The notes under the pieces are model-generated. The model ran no database searches. It saw only the letters and a program-made list of their open reading frames with translations, and had not been told where the DNA came from. DNA of 64,000 nt, from NCBI GenBank assembly GCA_041389445.1, contig JAWKRW010000001.1, positions 970,686-1,034,685 on the forward strand, read 5' to 3'. Source of the DNA: Myxococcota bacterium (lineage in GTDB: Bacteria > Myxococcota_A > UBA9160 > UBA4427). This document shows, piece by piece, positions 17,707 through 29,346 of the stretch. The first letter of the stretch is position 1; each line of letters begins with the position of its first letter. The translations under genes were made by a program, and so were the position numbers.

Positions 17707-18384
17707 ATGCCGTTCCGCCCTTCCACGCGCGCGTGGTTGTTCTGCCTGCCGCTGCTCCTGTCGAACGGCGCCGGCCTGGTCATGACGTCCGGAAACGCAT
17801 GGGCTCAGGCGCCGGCCGTCGCCCGGGTCGCGGAGACGCTCTGGCGCCTCGACCGGGATCGCGACGGCATCACCGTGCAGACCCGTCCGGTCCCGGGCTC
17901 CGGCATCCGCGAATTTCGCGGCACCGCGGAGGTCGCCGCCTCCGTCGAAGCGATCCGCGCCCTGCTGCGCGACGCCGACCGCTTCCACACGTGGTTTCCC
18001 GACACCAGCGAGTCGCGTCTGCTCGAACGCACGGGCGACGTCTCCTATCAATACTCGGTGCTCGACACGCCCTGGCCGATCACGGATCGGGACAACGTCT
18101 TTCGGGCGGAGACGACCCGGGACGAGACGACGGGGGTCGTCGCGATCTCGGTCCAGGCCGCCCCGGACCGCCATCCCGAGCGGCCCGACCGCGTGCGCGT
18201 GCGCCACGCGCGCGGCGAGTGGCGACTCGAGCCGATCGCGGTCGAGCGGACGCGGGTCGTCTTCACGATGCACCTCGATCCGGGCGGCGGGGTACCGCAG
18301 TGGCTGATCAATGCGCGGGTCGTCGAGACGCCCTTCGAGGCGCTGCGCAACCTGCGCGCGACGCTCGCAGCGGCGGAGGGTTAG
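17707..18384 (+). CDS. Secreted START/SRPBCC lipid-binding domain protein
   Basis: Signal peptide ...SGNAWA|QAP. START-like core FRGTAEV...VLDTPWPITDRDNV...GGVPQWLINA. Confidence 0.75.
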   Translation: MPFRPSTRAWLFCLPLLLSNGAGLVMTSGNAWAQAPAVARVAETLWRLDRDRDGITVQTRPVPGSGIREFRGTAEVAASVEAIRALLRDADRFHTWFPDTSESRLLERTGDVSYQYSVLDTPWPITDRDNVFRAETTRDETTGVVAISVQAAPDRHPERPDRVRVRHARGEWRLEPIAVERTRVVFTMHLDPGGGVPQWLINARVVETPFEALRNLRATLAAAEG

Positions 18385-18387
18385 GCC

Positions 18388-19071
18388 GTGTCCGCCGGAC
18401 TGAAGCGAGGGGCGAAGCGGGCAGCGGGCGCCGGGTCCTCGCCCCCGGATGCGCGGGCGCCGGATCCCCGGGGCGGCGCGGCCGACGACACGCCGCAGTG
18501 GCTCGTGGTCTACGGCTCGTTGATGCGCGGGCTGCCCGCGCGCGCGACCGCGTTCGCCCAGGGCGAAGCAGCGGGCGGGTCGACGCCGCCGGACCTGCTC
18601 GACCGGCTCGGCGCCGGAGCGGGGCTTCGGCGGGTCGGACCGTGTCGCGTGGCGGGCCGACTCTTCGATCTCGGGGCCTATCCGGCGCTGCGGCCCGCGG
18701 CCGAGGACGCGGACGTGGTCCGCGGGGAGCTCCACGCGATCGTCGATTCCGCGGTGCTCGAGCGGCTCGACCGGTTCGAGGGCTACGACCCGGGCGATCG
18801 CGCCGGGTCCGACTATCTGCGCGAGCGGATCGAGCTGCTCGAGCCGGCCGGCGTGGTCGCCTGGATCTACTTCGACAACCATCCGACCGCCCCGGCGGCG
18901 CGCGTCGCGTCCGGAGATTGGCGGCGCCATCTGGCGGAGCGAGACGATTCCGCGCACGCTTGCGCGGTCGACGAGCCCGCCACGGGACGGGACGCGACCG
19001 GTGGAGCGACCGGCGGCGGATCCGAAGGATCGCGACGACGAGGGAAGGAGGCGGCGAGATGGGATTCCTGA
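18388..19071 (+). CDS. Gamma-glutamylcyclotransferase (GGCT/AIG2-like) family protein
   Basis: GTG start 4 nt after the START stop. Motifs VVYGSLMRG, GRLFDLGAYPAL, VRGEL and LDRFEGY. Confidence 0.75.
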   Translation: MSAGLKRGAKRAAGAGSSPPDARAPDPRGGAADDTPQWLVVYGSLMRGLPARATAFAQGEAAGGSTPPDLLDRLGAGAGLRRVGPCRVAGRLFDLGAYPALRPAAEDADVVRGELHAIVDSAVLERLDRFEGYDPGDRAGSDYLRERIELLEPAGVVAWIYFDNHPTAPAARVASGDWRRHLAERDDSAHACAVDEPATGRDATGGATGGGSEGSRRRGKEAARWDS

Positions 19072-19439
19072 TCCGCATGGCGATCACGGCCCTCGGGCTC
19101 TGGCTGGCGACGCGTCTGGTGCCCGGCGTCGTGATCGACGGCGCGCTGACCTTCGTGTGGGCGGCGCTCTGGCTCGGCATCGTGAACGCCGTCGTGCGTC
19201 CGATCGCGTTCATCCTGACGCTGCCGGTGACCCTGCTCTCGCTCGGCGCGTTCCTCCTCGTCATCAACGCGGGCATGGTCGCGCTGGTCGCCTGGCTGCT
19301 CGAGGGCTTCCGCATCGCGGGATTCTGGTCCGCCCTGCTCACGTCGATCGTCGTCGGACTGACCGGCTGGATCGGCAATGCGTTCGTCGGCGAGAGGGGA
19401 CGCTACGAGCTCGTCGTCGTGAAGCGCCGGGTCGAGTAG
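19059..19439 (+). CDS. DUF360 / phage-holin-4-type small membrane protein
   Basis: GGGAAGGAGG RBS then ATG at 19059, in the tail of the 17649..19439 ORF. Four hydrophobic segments, with IVNAVVRPIAFILTLPVTLLSLGAFLLVINA typical of the family. Confidence 0.75.
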   Translation: MGFLIRMAITALGLWLATRLVPGVVIDGALTFVWAALWLGIVNAVVRPIAFILTLPVTLLSLGAFLLVINAGMVALVAWLLEGFRIAGFWSALLTSIVVGLTGWIGNAFVGERGRYELVVVKRRVE

Positions 19440-19449
19440 GATCGCAGCC

Positions 19450-20343
19450 ATGCTCGACAAGCTGGTTTCGTGGCTGTTCTTTCCCGTGGTGCTCGTGACC
19501 TCGCTGGTGGCCGGCAACAATCTGCTCGAAGCGGGCCGCCCCACGGTGGCCGTGCTGCTGGGATCGGCCTCCGTGATCTTCCTGGCCGAGCGGCTCTTTC
19601 CGAACTGGGAGAGCTGGAACCGCTCGCATGCCGACGTCCTCGTCGATGCGAGCCACGCCGTTACCGTCTCCCTCGCCTCCTTCGCGACCGCCGCCCTCGT
19701 CCCGGCGCTGCTCGCGCCCCTCGCAGCCAGGCTCGCCCCGTTCGGAACCGCACGCCTCTGGCCGGCCGACGCCTCCCTGCTCGTCCAGCTGCCGCTCGCG
19801 ATGGTCGTCGCCGAACTCTTCCAGTACTGGAGCCACCGCCTCGCCCATACCTGGGAGCCTCTCTGGCGACTCCATGCCACGCACCACAGCGCTCCCCGGC
19901 TCTACTTCTTCAACGCCGCGCGCTTCCATCCCCTCGACATCATCATCGACACGACGGTGGGGCTGATCCCGCTGACCCTGCTCGGCGCGCCGCCGAAGGT
20001 CCTCCTCTTCTTCGCGCTGGCGACCTCGGTCCTCGGCTACCTGCAGCATTCGAACGTCCGCATCGCGCTGGGCCCGCTCAACTACGTCTTCTCGATGGCG
20101 GAGCTCCATCGCTGGCATCACGCGAAGAATCTCGACGAGGCCAACACCAACTACGGCTCGAACCTCATCCTCTGGGATCTCGTCTTCGGGAGCTTCTTCT
20201 GGCCGCGGGATCGGCGACCGCCCGAGGACATCGGCATTCCCGATCTCGAGGCATTCCCGCAGACCTATTGGGGACAGCTCGCCTCGCCCTTCCGTTGGCG
20301 GAAGATCCAGGCCGCGAGCCGGACGGCCGCCGAGTGCGCCTGA
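19450..20343 (+). CDS. Fatty-acid hydroxylase / sterol desaturase family membrane enzyme
   Basis: Histidine boxes YWSHRLAH, LHATHH and HRWHH, with a multi-TM N-terminus. Confidence 0.85.
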   Translation: MLDKLVSWLFFPVVLVTSLVAGNNLLEAGRPTVAVLLGSASVIFLAERLFPNWESWNRSHADVLVDASHAVTVSLASFATAALVPALLAPLAARLAPFGTARLWPADASLLVQLPLAMVVAELFQYWSHRLAHTWEPLWRLHATHHSAPRLYFFNAARFHPLDIIIDTTVGLIPLTLLGAPPKVLLFFALATSVLGYLQHSNVRIALGPLNYVFSMAELHRWHHAKNLDEANTNYGSNLILWDLVFGSFFWPRDRRPPEDIGIPDLEAFPQTYWGQLASPFRWRKIQAASRTAAECA

Positions 20344-20407
20344 CCCCGCGGGCCAGCCCGTCGACCATTGACGCTCACCGGCCGCCCGGCGATGCTGCGA
20401 GCCCTTC

Positions 20408-21601
20408 ATGAGCGCGCCCGCTGCTGCATCGAACCTGCGAACGATCGCCTGGCTCGTCGCCTCGCTGGCCCTGCCGCTCCCGTGGCTGCTCGCGAGCGAC
20501 GGCGCCTTCGGCCATGGCGCGACGGCGACGGCGACGGGCGTCGCGATCGTCGGCGCGGCCTTCCTGCTCTCCTGGTCGGTCGAGCTCGGCGAGCAGGACA
20601 TGCCGCAGTCCTTCGCGCTGCTCATCCTCGCGCTCGTCTCGGTCCTGCCGGAGTACGCCGTCGATCTGACCTTCGCGATCAAGGCCGCGGAGGATCCGAG
20701 CTACGCCCATTACGCGGTCGCCAACATGACGGGCGCGAACCGCCTGCTGATCGGTCTCGGCTGGACCTCCGTCGTCCTGCTCGCGTGCTTCCGCGCGCGA
20801 ACCGCTTCGCTCCAGATCCCCGTCCATCACCGCCTCGAGATGCGCTTCCTGCTCTACTCGACGCTCTATGCCTTCACGATTCCGCTCAAGGGCGAGCTCA
20901 ACCTGCTCGACGCCGTCGTGCTCCTCTCGCTCTTCCTCGCCTATGTCTACGCCGCGACGAAGGGCCATCGCTCCGACAACGAGCTCGTCGGCCCCGCCGC
21001 CTGGATCGATGCGCGGACCCACGCCACGGGTCGGCGCCTGATCGCGCTCGGGCTGCTGGTCTACGCCGCGGTCACCATCTTCCTCTCGGCCGAGCCCTTC
21101 GCCGAGAGCCTGGTCGAGCTCGGCCACGGGCTTCCGATCGACGAGTTCCTGCTGGTGCAGTGGGTCGCGCCACTCGCGTCGGAGTCGCCGGAGTTCCTGG
21201 TCGCGCTGATGTTCGCCTGGCGCATGCGCGGCGATCTCGGGATCGGCGCGCTGATCTCTTCGAAGGTCAACCAGTGGACGCTGCTGGTCGGCGCCCTGCC
21301 CGTCGCGTACATGGTCGCCTCGGGCGCGTGGAACGGGCTCCCCCTCGACGCGCGCCAGTCCGAGGAGCTCTTCCTGACCTCGGCCCAGTCGCTGCTCGCG
21401 ACGCTCCTGATCGCGGATCTCGACTTCTCGCGGACCGAGGCCGTACTGCTGACGGTCGTATTCGCCGTCCAGCTCGTCTTTCCCGATGCCGAGGTCCGCC
21501 TGGCCTTCGGCGCGCTCTACGTCGTGATGTTCCTCGGGCTGATCGCCCAGTCGCCGACCCGGCGACGCGCCTTCGTGGCGTTGCTGCGAAGTCGCGAGTG
21601 A
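20408..21601 (+). CDS. CaCA-type cation/Ca2+ exchanger family membrane protein
   Basis: About 10 hydrophobic segments. Two alpha-repeat-like motifs, SVLPEYAVDL and ASESPEFLVAL. Confidence 0.65.
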   Translation: MSAPAAASNLRTIAWLVASLALPLPWLLASDGAFGHGATATATGVAIVGAAFLLSWSVELGEQDMPQSFALLILALVSVLPEYAVDLTFAIKAAEDPSYAHYAVANMTGANRLLIGLGWTSVVLLACFRARTASLQIPVHHRLEMRFLLYSTLYAFTIPLKGELNLLDAVVLLSLFLAYVYAATKGHRSDNELVGPAAWIDARTHATGRRLIALGLLVYAAVTIFLSAEPFAESLVELGHGLPIDEFLLVQWVAPLASESPEFLVALMFAWRMRGDLGIGALISSKVNQWTLLVGALPVAYMVASGAWNGLPLDARQSEELFLTSAQSLLATLLIADLDFSRTEAVLLTVVFAVQLVFPDAEVRLAFGALYVVMFLGLIAQSPTRRRAFVALLRSRE

Positions 21602-21615
21602 GCGGCGCGCGCGCG

Positions 21616-23082
21616 ATGCCGGCGCCGAGCGCGCCGATCCGGCCGCTGCGCGTCGTGGTCGGCATCCTGCTCTTCCTCGCGATCTGGCAGCTCGACTCGC
21701 CCCTGCAGACCGCGGGCGCGGGCGGCGGGCGCGCCGCGCTGGCGGCGGCGCTGACCGTGTGGATGGCGTTCTGGTGGATCAGCGAGGCGGTGCCGATGTA
21801 CTGGACCGCCTGTCTGCCGCTGCTCGTCCTCCCGCTCTCGCGCGTCCACGGCCCGGGCTTCGTCGCCAACGCGGGCGGCGCGCTGCTGCCCTTCCTCGAC
21901 CCCTACGTATTCCTCTTCCTGGGCGGCATGGGCATCGCGGCCGCCATGCAGCAGTGGAACCTCCATCGCCGCATCGCGCTCGCGATCATGCGCGCGGTCG
22001 GCACCGAGCCCCGCCGCCTGCTGCTCGGCCTGCTGCTCGCCACGGGATTCGTCTCGCTCTGGATCTCGAACACCGCCACCGCGGCGATGATGTTCCCGAT
22101 CGGCCTCGCCATCATCGCCGAGTTCGAGCATCGCGCCGGCCGCCGCCTCACCGGCTACGGCGCCGCGCTGATGCTCTCGATCGCCTACGCCGCGAACCTG
22201 GGCGGCGTCGGGACCAAGATCGGCACCGTCCCCTCGGCCCAGCTCTCGGGCTTCCTCGCCGGCCGCGGCGAGGACGTCGACTTCCTCGACTACATGCTGC
22301 TCGGCGTGCCCTTCGCGGCGGTCTTCCTCTTCGTCGCCTGGGCGGCGCTCTGGCGCATCGGTCGCGTCGACGCGCCCGACGCCGCGGCCGCCCGCGACAC
22401 GCTCGAGAGCGAGCGCGCGCGCCTCGGACCGATGCAGCGCGCGGAGTGGCTCGTCCTCGGCGTCTTTCTCGCGACGGCGCTCGTCTGGACCGCCGGTCAT
22501 CCGATCACGGCGGCCCTGCGCGCGGCCGGCCTGCCCGCGACGACGGCGCTCGTCGAGTCCAGCGCGGCGATCGGCGCGAGCCTTCTCCTCATGGCGCTCC
22601 GCTCGTCGGGCCAGGCCGTGCTCGAGCCGCGCTCGCTGCGCACGATCCAGTGGCAGACGCTGCTCCTGATCGGCGGCGGCTTCTCGATGGCGGAGGCGAT
22701 CTCGGCCTCCGGCCTCTCCGACTGGCTCGGTACCCAGATCGTCCTGCTCCGCTCGCTCCCGTCCGCCCCGCAGCTCGTGCTCGTCAGCCTGACGACCGTC
22801 GCGCTCTCGGCCTTCGCCTCGAACGCCGCGACGGTCGCCGTCCTGCTGCCGATCCTCGCGACCAGTGTCGCGCCCGCGCAGGTCGAGCCCGTCCTCTTCG
22901 CCGCGACCTTCGCCGCGTCCTGCGACTTCGCGCTGCCGGCCGGGACCCCGCCCAACGCGATCGTCTTCGGCTCGGGCTATGTCTCGATCCCGCAGATGGC
23001 GCGGAACGGCGTCGTGCTCGACGTGCTGGCCGCGCTCTGGGCGGCGCTCTGGTGTGGCTGGATGGTGCCGCTGATCCGCTGA
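21616..23082 (+). CDS. DASS/SLC13-type anion:sodium symporter
   Basis: ATG at 21616 within the 20368..23082 ORF. Motifs WWISEAVP, SLWISNTATAAMMFPI and SNAATVAVLLPI...ALPAGTPPNAIVFGSG. Confidence 0.8.
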   Translation: MPAPSAPIRPLRVVVGILLFLAIWQLDSPLQTAGAGGGRAALAAALTVWMAFWWISEAVPMYWTACLPLLVLPLSRVHGPGFVANAGGALLPFLDPYVFLFLGGMGIAAAMQQWNLHRRIALAIMRAVGTEPRRLLLGLLLATGFVSLWISNTATAAMMFPIGLAIIAEFEHRAGRRLTGYGAALMLSIAYAANLGGVGTKIGTVPSAQLSGFLAGRGEDVDFLDYMLLGVPFAAVFLFVAWAALWRIGRVDAPDAAAARDTLESERARLGPMQRAEWLVLGVFLATALVWTAGHPITAALRAAGLPATTALVESSAAIGASLLLMALRSSGQAVLEPRSLRTIQWQTLLLIGGGFSMAEAISASGLSDWLGTQIVLLRSLPSAPQLVLVSLTTVALSAFASNAATVAVLLPILATSVAPAQVEPVLFAATFAASCDFALPAGTPPNAIVFGSGYVSIPQMARNGVVLDVLAALWAALWCGWMVPLIR

Positions 23083-23223
23083 GTGTCCGGGCGACCGTGG
23101 GACCGCGGCCGCCTCGTCACGCGCCCCTTCTCGGGTCTTGCTCCGCTCTGTCTGGCTGGCAACAATGCGAGGCGGCGCGTTTCGATCCGGTCCTCGAGAC
23201 GGCCGGGCGGGTGGAGGGCTCGG

Positions 23224-25286
<2,063 letters not shown>

Positions 25287-25287
<1 letters not shown>

Positions 25288-25430
25288 TGCGCGCCGACCT
25301 CCGTCGCTTCGGTCTCGCCCTGCGCGCCTTTCTCCAGGGCTTCGTCGGCGCCACCCCGCTCCCGACGGACCGGAAGAAGGCGAAGGCCGAGATCGAGCAC
25401 CGCTGCGAGACCCGCGGCCGCTGCTGCTAG
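25287..25430 (+). CDS. Small CstA-associated YbdD/YjiX-like protein (47 aa, ends RCC)
   Basis: The ATG overlaps the cstA TGA (TGATG). MRADLRRFGLALRAFLQGFVGATPLPTDRKKAKAEIEHRCETRGRCC*. GC3-rich. Position and the terminal RCC match the YbdD/YjiX family, but the body is shorter and divergent. Confidence 0.55.
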
Positions 25431-25634
25431 GCCGGTCCGCATCCCGCACAGGAAGGCTCCTGCGGTCGGCCGCGCGATCGGCCATGCGATGCGCTGCGCA
25501 CGCGATGGCGCGAAGACCTCCGAATCGCCGCATCGATCTCGCCGTTCGACTCCCCGCCCCGCCGCGGCTCTGCTACGGTCGCGCCATCCCCCGACGAGCG
25601 CGCGCCGGATCGGTCGCTGCGCGGGGGCCCCCTC

Positions 25635-25943
25635 ATGGCAGGTCGACGTGGCGACCTCTTCTACCTGATCGTGATCCTGGCGGTGGCCGCAGCGGGCTGG
25701 GTCGGGCTGCGTGTCTTCGGGACCGGACCGGGGCGCCCCTTCCAGGACGGCCAGCTCGCCGCGATCTTTCGCGAGATCGAGCTCCCGACGATCGACATGA
25801 CCGAGCTGCCCTTCGGCTTCTTCAAGCCGGACCGCGAGCACCAGCCGATCCCCGCCCAGGTCCGTTACGCCGACGAGATGGAGCTCGTGCTGGTCCAGAA
25901 CCGCAATCAGCTCCTGCGCACGGCGACGCCGGGCCATGAATAG
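25635..25943 (+). CDS. Hypothetical membrane-anchored protein
   Basis: N-terminal TM segment LFYLIVILAVAAAGWVGL. GC3-rich frame. No family recognised. Confidence 0.5.
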   Translation: MAGRRGDLFYLIVILAVAAAGWVGLRVFGTGPGRPFQDGQLAAIFREIELPTIDMTELPFGFFKPDREHQPIPAQVRYADEMELVLVQNRNQLLRTATPGHE

Positions 25944-26080
25944 AGCCGGACGAGGCATCCGCGCTGGATCGGGATGAGGGGCGTTCGGAAGAGCCCGCTC
26001 GGACTCGCGCGCGCCGAAGCGGAGCGCGGCAAGCGGCCGGCAGGTTGCCCACGTGCCGACGGGACCCGATCGGGTTTCGC

Positions 26081-26110
26081 TTGACCCGGCGGCCTCGCCG
26101 ACGGGACAAT
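26081..26110 (+). promoter_or_regulatory. Possible sigma70-type promoter for the large secreted protein gene
   Basis: TTGACC (26081-26086), 18-nt spacer, GACAAT (26105-26110), about 90 nt upstream of the ATG at 26200. A hexamer match only. Confidence 0.3.
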
Positions 26111-26199
26111 GCGAAGGGCTCGCTCTGCCTGCAGCCGGGGCCCGACGACGAACCCGACTCACGAGGATCCGACCCGTGCGCTGCCTTCGCCGATGCCCG

Positions 26200-29100
26200 A
26201 TGCGCCGTCGCGCCCGGATGCTGCCCCTGATCCTGCTGGGCGTCCCCCTGCTGCTCGCCCCCGTTGGTCGTCCCGCATCGGCGCAGCCCGCGTACCCGCT
26301 CTTCGAGGCGGGCCCCGTCCGACCGATCGCCCTCTCGCCGAACGGGCAGAAGCTCTTCGTCGCGAACACGCCCGACGGACAGCTCGAGATCTTCCGCGTC
26401 GACACGATCGGGCGCCTGACGCCCATCGCGTCGGTGCCCGTCGGGCTCGAGCCGGTCGCCGTCGCGGCCCGCAGCGACGACGAGGTCTGGGTCGTGAACC
26501 AGCTCTCGGACAGCATCAGCATCGTCGACGTCGCGGCGAAGACGCCGCAGGTCGTCCGGACGCTGCTCGTCGGCGACGAGCCGAGCGACATCGTCTTCGC
26601 CGGGCCCGACGGCCAGCGGGCCTTCGTGACCGCCGCGCACCGCGGCCAGAACGCGCCCGTCGTCGACGGCGACTACGACCTGCCCGGCGTCGGCCGCGCC
26701 GACGTCTACGTCTTCGACGCCGGGCACCTCGGGCGCTCGCTCGAGGGCGACCGCCTGACCGTGGTGACCCTCTTCGGCGACAAGCCTCGCGCCCTCGCCC
26801 GCAGCACGTCGGGCGATCGGGTCTACGCCGCGATCTACCGCTCCGGCAACCGCACGACGACCGTCGCCGAAGCGGCGGTCTGCGACACCTCGGCCGCGAA
26901 CCGGACCAACGAGGTCGTGCAGGCGGCCTGCCTCTTCGGGAGCGGCGCGAACCTCGAGGCCTCTCCCGGCGGCCTGCCGACGCCGCTCCAGAATCACGCG
27001 GGCGTCCCCGGTCAGGAGACGGGCCTGATCGTGAAGCAGGATCGCGACGGCGGAAGCACCGGCGCGTGGCAGGACGAGCTGGGCCGCGACTGGAGCGGTG
27101 TCGTCCGCTTCGACCTGCCCGACCACGACGTCTTCACGATCGACGCCAACGCGGTCGTCCCGGCGGAGATGGGACCTCCCTGGTCGGGCGTCGGAACGAC
27201 GCTCTTCAACATGGCCGTGCATCCGGTCTCGGGCCGTCTCTTCGTGTCGAATACCGAGGCGATGAACCACGTCCGCTTCGAAGGCCCGGGCGACCACGTC
27301 GCGCTCTCCGGGACGAAGCCCCCGGGCGAGCCCGCCAGCGTCCGCGGCCGGCTCGCCCTGTCCCGCCTGACCCTGATCGACCCGGCGACCGGCAGCGTGT
27401 TGGCGCGCCACCTGAACAAACACATCCCCTACGGCGTCGTGCCGGTTCCGGCGGGCGTGAAGGCGAAGAGCCTCTCGACGCCGCTCGGCATGGCCTTCTC
27501 GGCCGACGCGTCGCAGGTCTACGTCGCCGGCTTCGGCTCCGGTCGGATCGGGGTCTACGACGTGGCGGGACTGGAGGACGGCAGCTTCGTCGTGCAGGCG
27601 GGCGACGCGATCCCCGTCGGCGGCGGCGGCCCGTCGGGACTGGTGCGCGCGGGCGAGCGACTCTACGTGACGACGCGCTTCGACAACGCCGTGCGTGTCA
27701 TCGATCTCGCGACGAAGACCGAGCTGCAGCGCGTCCCGCTCGCGAATCCCGAGCCACCCCACGTGATCGCCGGCCGGCCCTTCCTCTACGACGCCGACCG
27801 GACGAGCAGCAACGGCGAGGCTTCCTGCGCCGCCTGTCATCTCTTCGGCGACATGGACGACCTCGCCTGGGACCTCGGCGACCCGGACGGCGACGTCGCG
27901 GTCAACGCCAATCCCTTCAATCCCGTCACGCCGGCCTTCGTCATCCTGCCGGAGATCCGCGACTTCCATCCCCACAAGGGCCCGATGACGACCCAGAGCC
28001 TGCGCGGCCTCGCCAACATGGGCCCCCAGCACTGGCGCGGCGATCGACAGGGCGACGAGATCGCGGCGTTCGAGGCGTTCAACGTCGCGTTTCCGGGGTT
28101 GATCGGTCGCGACGAGGGCGCGCTCTCCCCAACCGACATGACGGCGTTCCGCCGCTTCGCGCTCGAGCTGCGCTACCCGCCGAATCCCGTCCGCTCGCTC
28201 GACAACGCGCTGCGCGATCCGACGAGCGGCCCCAATGAGCGGGCCGGTGCCGCGCTCTACGGCGCCCTCGGCCCCGCCCCGATCACCGACGGCATCGCGA
28301 CCTGCGTCGGTTGCCACGCGCTCGATCCCGCCGCGGGCCACTTCGGCGGCGACGGTCGGACGACCTTCGATGCCGAGCCCCAGGTCTTCAAGGTCCCCCA
28401 CCTGCGCAACGTCTACCAGAAGATCGGCATGTTCGGCCTGCCGAACCTGGGCGGGATCGACCCGCCCTTCACCCATCAGGGCCCCCAGATCCGGGGCACC
28501 GGCTTCAACCACGACGGCAGCATCGACACCCTCGACCGCTTCTTCAGCAACGGCGTCTTCACGCTCTCCCCGACCGAGCAGGCGGACCTCGAGGCGTTCA
28601 TGCTCGTCTTCCCGAGCGATCTCGCGCCGATCGTCGGACAGCAGCTGACGCTCACGCCCGCGCTGCTCGCCGGGGACGACGCCGCCGCCCTGAATCGCCG
28701 CGTCGACCTGCTGATCGCCCGCTCTGCCGCGCCCTTCACGTCGCAGATCCTCGGCGGCGCGACCCGCGAGTGCGACCTCGTGGCATCGCTCGTCGAGCCG
28801 GGCGCGCTCGGCCGCGAGCGCACGACGGGCTACCTCCGCCAGAGCGATGGCACGTTCCTGCCCGACGACGGCGGCGCGCCGATCGCCGCGGACGCCCTGC
28901 GCACGAAGGCGACCCTCGCCGGTCGGGCGCTCACCCTGTCCTGCGTCCCCCCCGGCAGCGGTGAGCGGATCGCCCGCGACCGCGATCTCGATCTCGTGAT
29001 CAACGGCCTCGACAACTGCCCCGCCGCGCCGAACGCGGCGGGCGGCGGGACCTGCATCGCCGGCGACCCCGCGCGGCTGGGCTTCGATTGCGGCTCGAGC

Positions 29101-29346
29101 GTAGACTGCGGAGCGGGTGGCGCCTGCTCGCTCGCGCAGGAGGACACGGATCGCAATGGCGTCGGCGATGCCTGCGAGCCGGCCCTCGTCCCCGAGCCGG
29201 GCCTGTCCGCCTCCCTCATCGTGGGAGGCGCCGCGCTGGGACTCGTTGCGCGGCGCCGAGACCGCGGGCAATCGATCGGCCCATCGCGGCGGTCCGGGCG
29301 AAGCGCGACCGTCAGCGGCGGATCGCCGCCAGCCGCTCGGCCGTGA
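26200..29346 (+). CDS. Secreted multidomain protein: YVTN-type beta-propeller + di-haem cytochrome c peroxidase-like domain + thrombospondin type-3 repeats + PEP-CTERM-like anchor
   Basis: ATG at 26200 gives the signal MRRRARMLPLILLGVPLLLAPVGRPASA|Q. Propeller repeats (LSPNGQKLFVANTPDGQLEIF...). Haem sites SCAACH and TCVGCH, with the CCP hallmark FKVPHLRNV. TSP3 motifs DNCPAAPN and QEDTDRNGVGDACEP. Tail VPEPGLSASLIVGGAALGLVARRRDR. Confidence 0.85.
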   Translation: MRRRARMLPLILLGVPLLLAPVGRPASAQPAYPLFEAGPVRPIALSPNGQKLFVANTPDGQLEIFRVDTIGRLTPIASVPVGLEPVAVAARSDDEVWVVNQLSDSISIVDVAAKTPQVVRTLLVGDEPSDIVFAGPDGQRAFVTAAHRGQNAPVVDGDYDLPGVGRADVYVFDAGHLGRSLEGDRLTVVTLFGDKPRALARSTSGDRVYAAIYRSGNRTTTVAEAAVCDTSAANRTNEVVQAACLFGSGANLEASPGGLPTPLQNHAGVPGQETGLIVKQDRDGGSTGAWQDELGRDWSGVVRFDLPDHDVFTIDANAVVPAEMGPPWSGVGTTLFNMAVHPVSGRLFVSNTEAMNHVRFEGPGDHVALSGTKPPGEPASVRGRLALSRLTLIDPATGSVLARHLNKHIPYGVVPVPAGVKAKSLSTPLGMAFSADASQVYVAGFGSGRIGVYDVAGLEDGSFVVQAGDAIPVGGGGPSGLVRAGERLYVTTRFDNAVRVIDLATKTELQRVPLANPEPPHVIAGRPFLYDADRTSSNGEASCAACHLFGDMDDLAWDLGDPDGDVAVNANPFNPVTPAFVILPEIRDFHPHKGPMTTQSLRGLANMGPQHWRGDRQGDEIAAFEAFNVAFPGLIGRDEGALSPTDMTAFRRFALELRYPPNPVRSLDNALRDPTSGPNERAGAALYGALGPAPITDGIATCVGCHALDPAAGHFGGDGRTTFDAEPQVFKVPHLRNVYQKIGMFGLPNLGGIDPPFTHQGPQIRGTGFNHDGSIDTLDRFFSNGVFTLSPTEQADLEAFMLVFPSDLAPIVGQQLTLTPALLAGDDAAALNRRVDLLIARSAAPFTSQILGGATRECDLVASLVEPGALGRERTTGYLRQSDGTFLPDDGGAPIAADALRTKATLAGRALTLSCVPPGSGERIARDRDLDLVINGLDNCPAAPNAAGGGTCIAGDPARLGFDCGSSVDCGAGGACSLAQEDTDRNGVGDACEPALVPEPGLSASLIVGGAALGLVARRRDRGQSIGPSRRSGRSATVSGGSPPAARP

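Noticed and set aside
23152-23168. Sigma-54-like TGGC...TGC element (ctggctggcaacaatgc) upstream of cstA
   Set aside because: The spacing from the GG dinucleotide to the G of the GC dinucleotide is 13 or 9 nt depending on register. The 12 nt required by the -24/-12 consensus is not met.
25443-25464. Hairpin ccgcacagg-aagg-ctcctgcgg after the small CstA-associated ORF as a terminator
   Set aside because: Only about 5 contiguous base pairs, with internal mismatches and no U-tract.
25822-29271. 1149-aa minus-strand ORF
   Set aside because: It is antisense to the propeller/peroxidase-like gene, which has a signal peptide, haem sites and TSP3 motifs. No motifs are present in the antisense frame.
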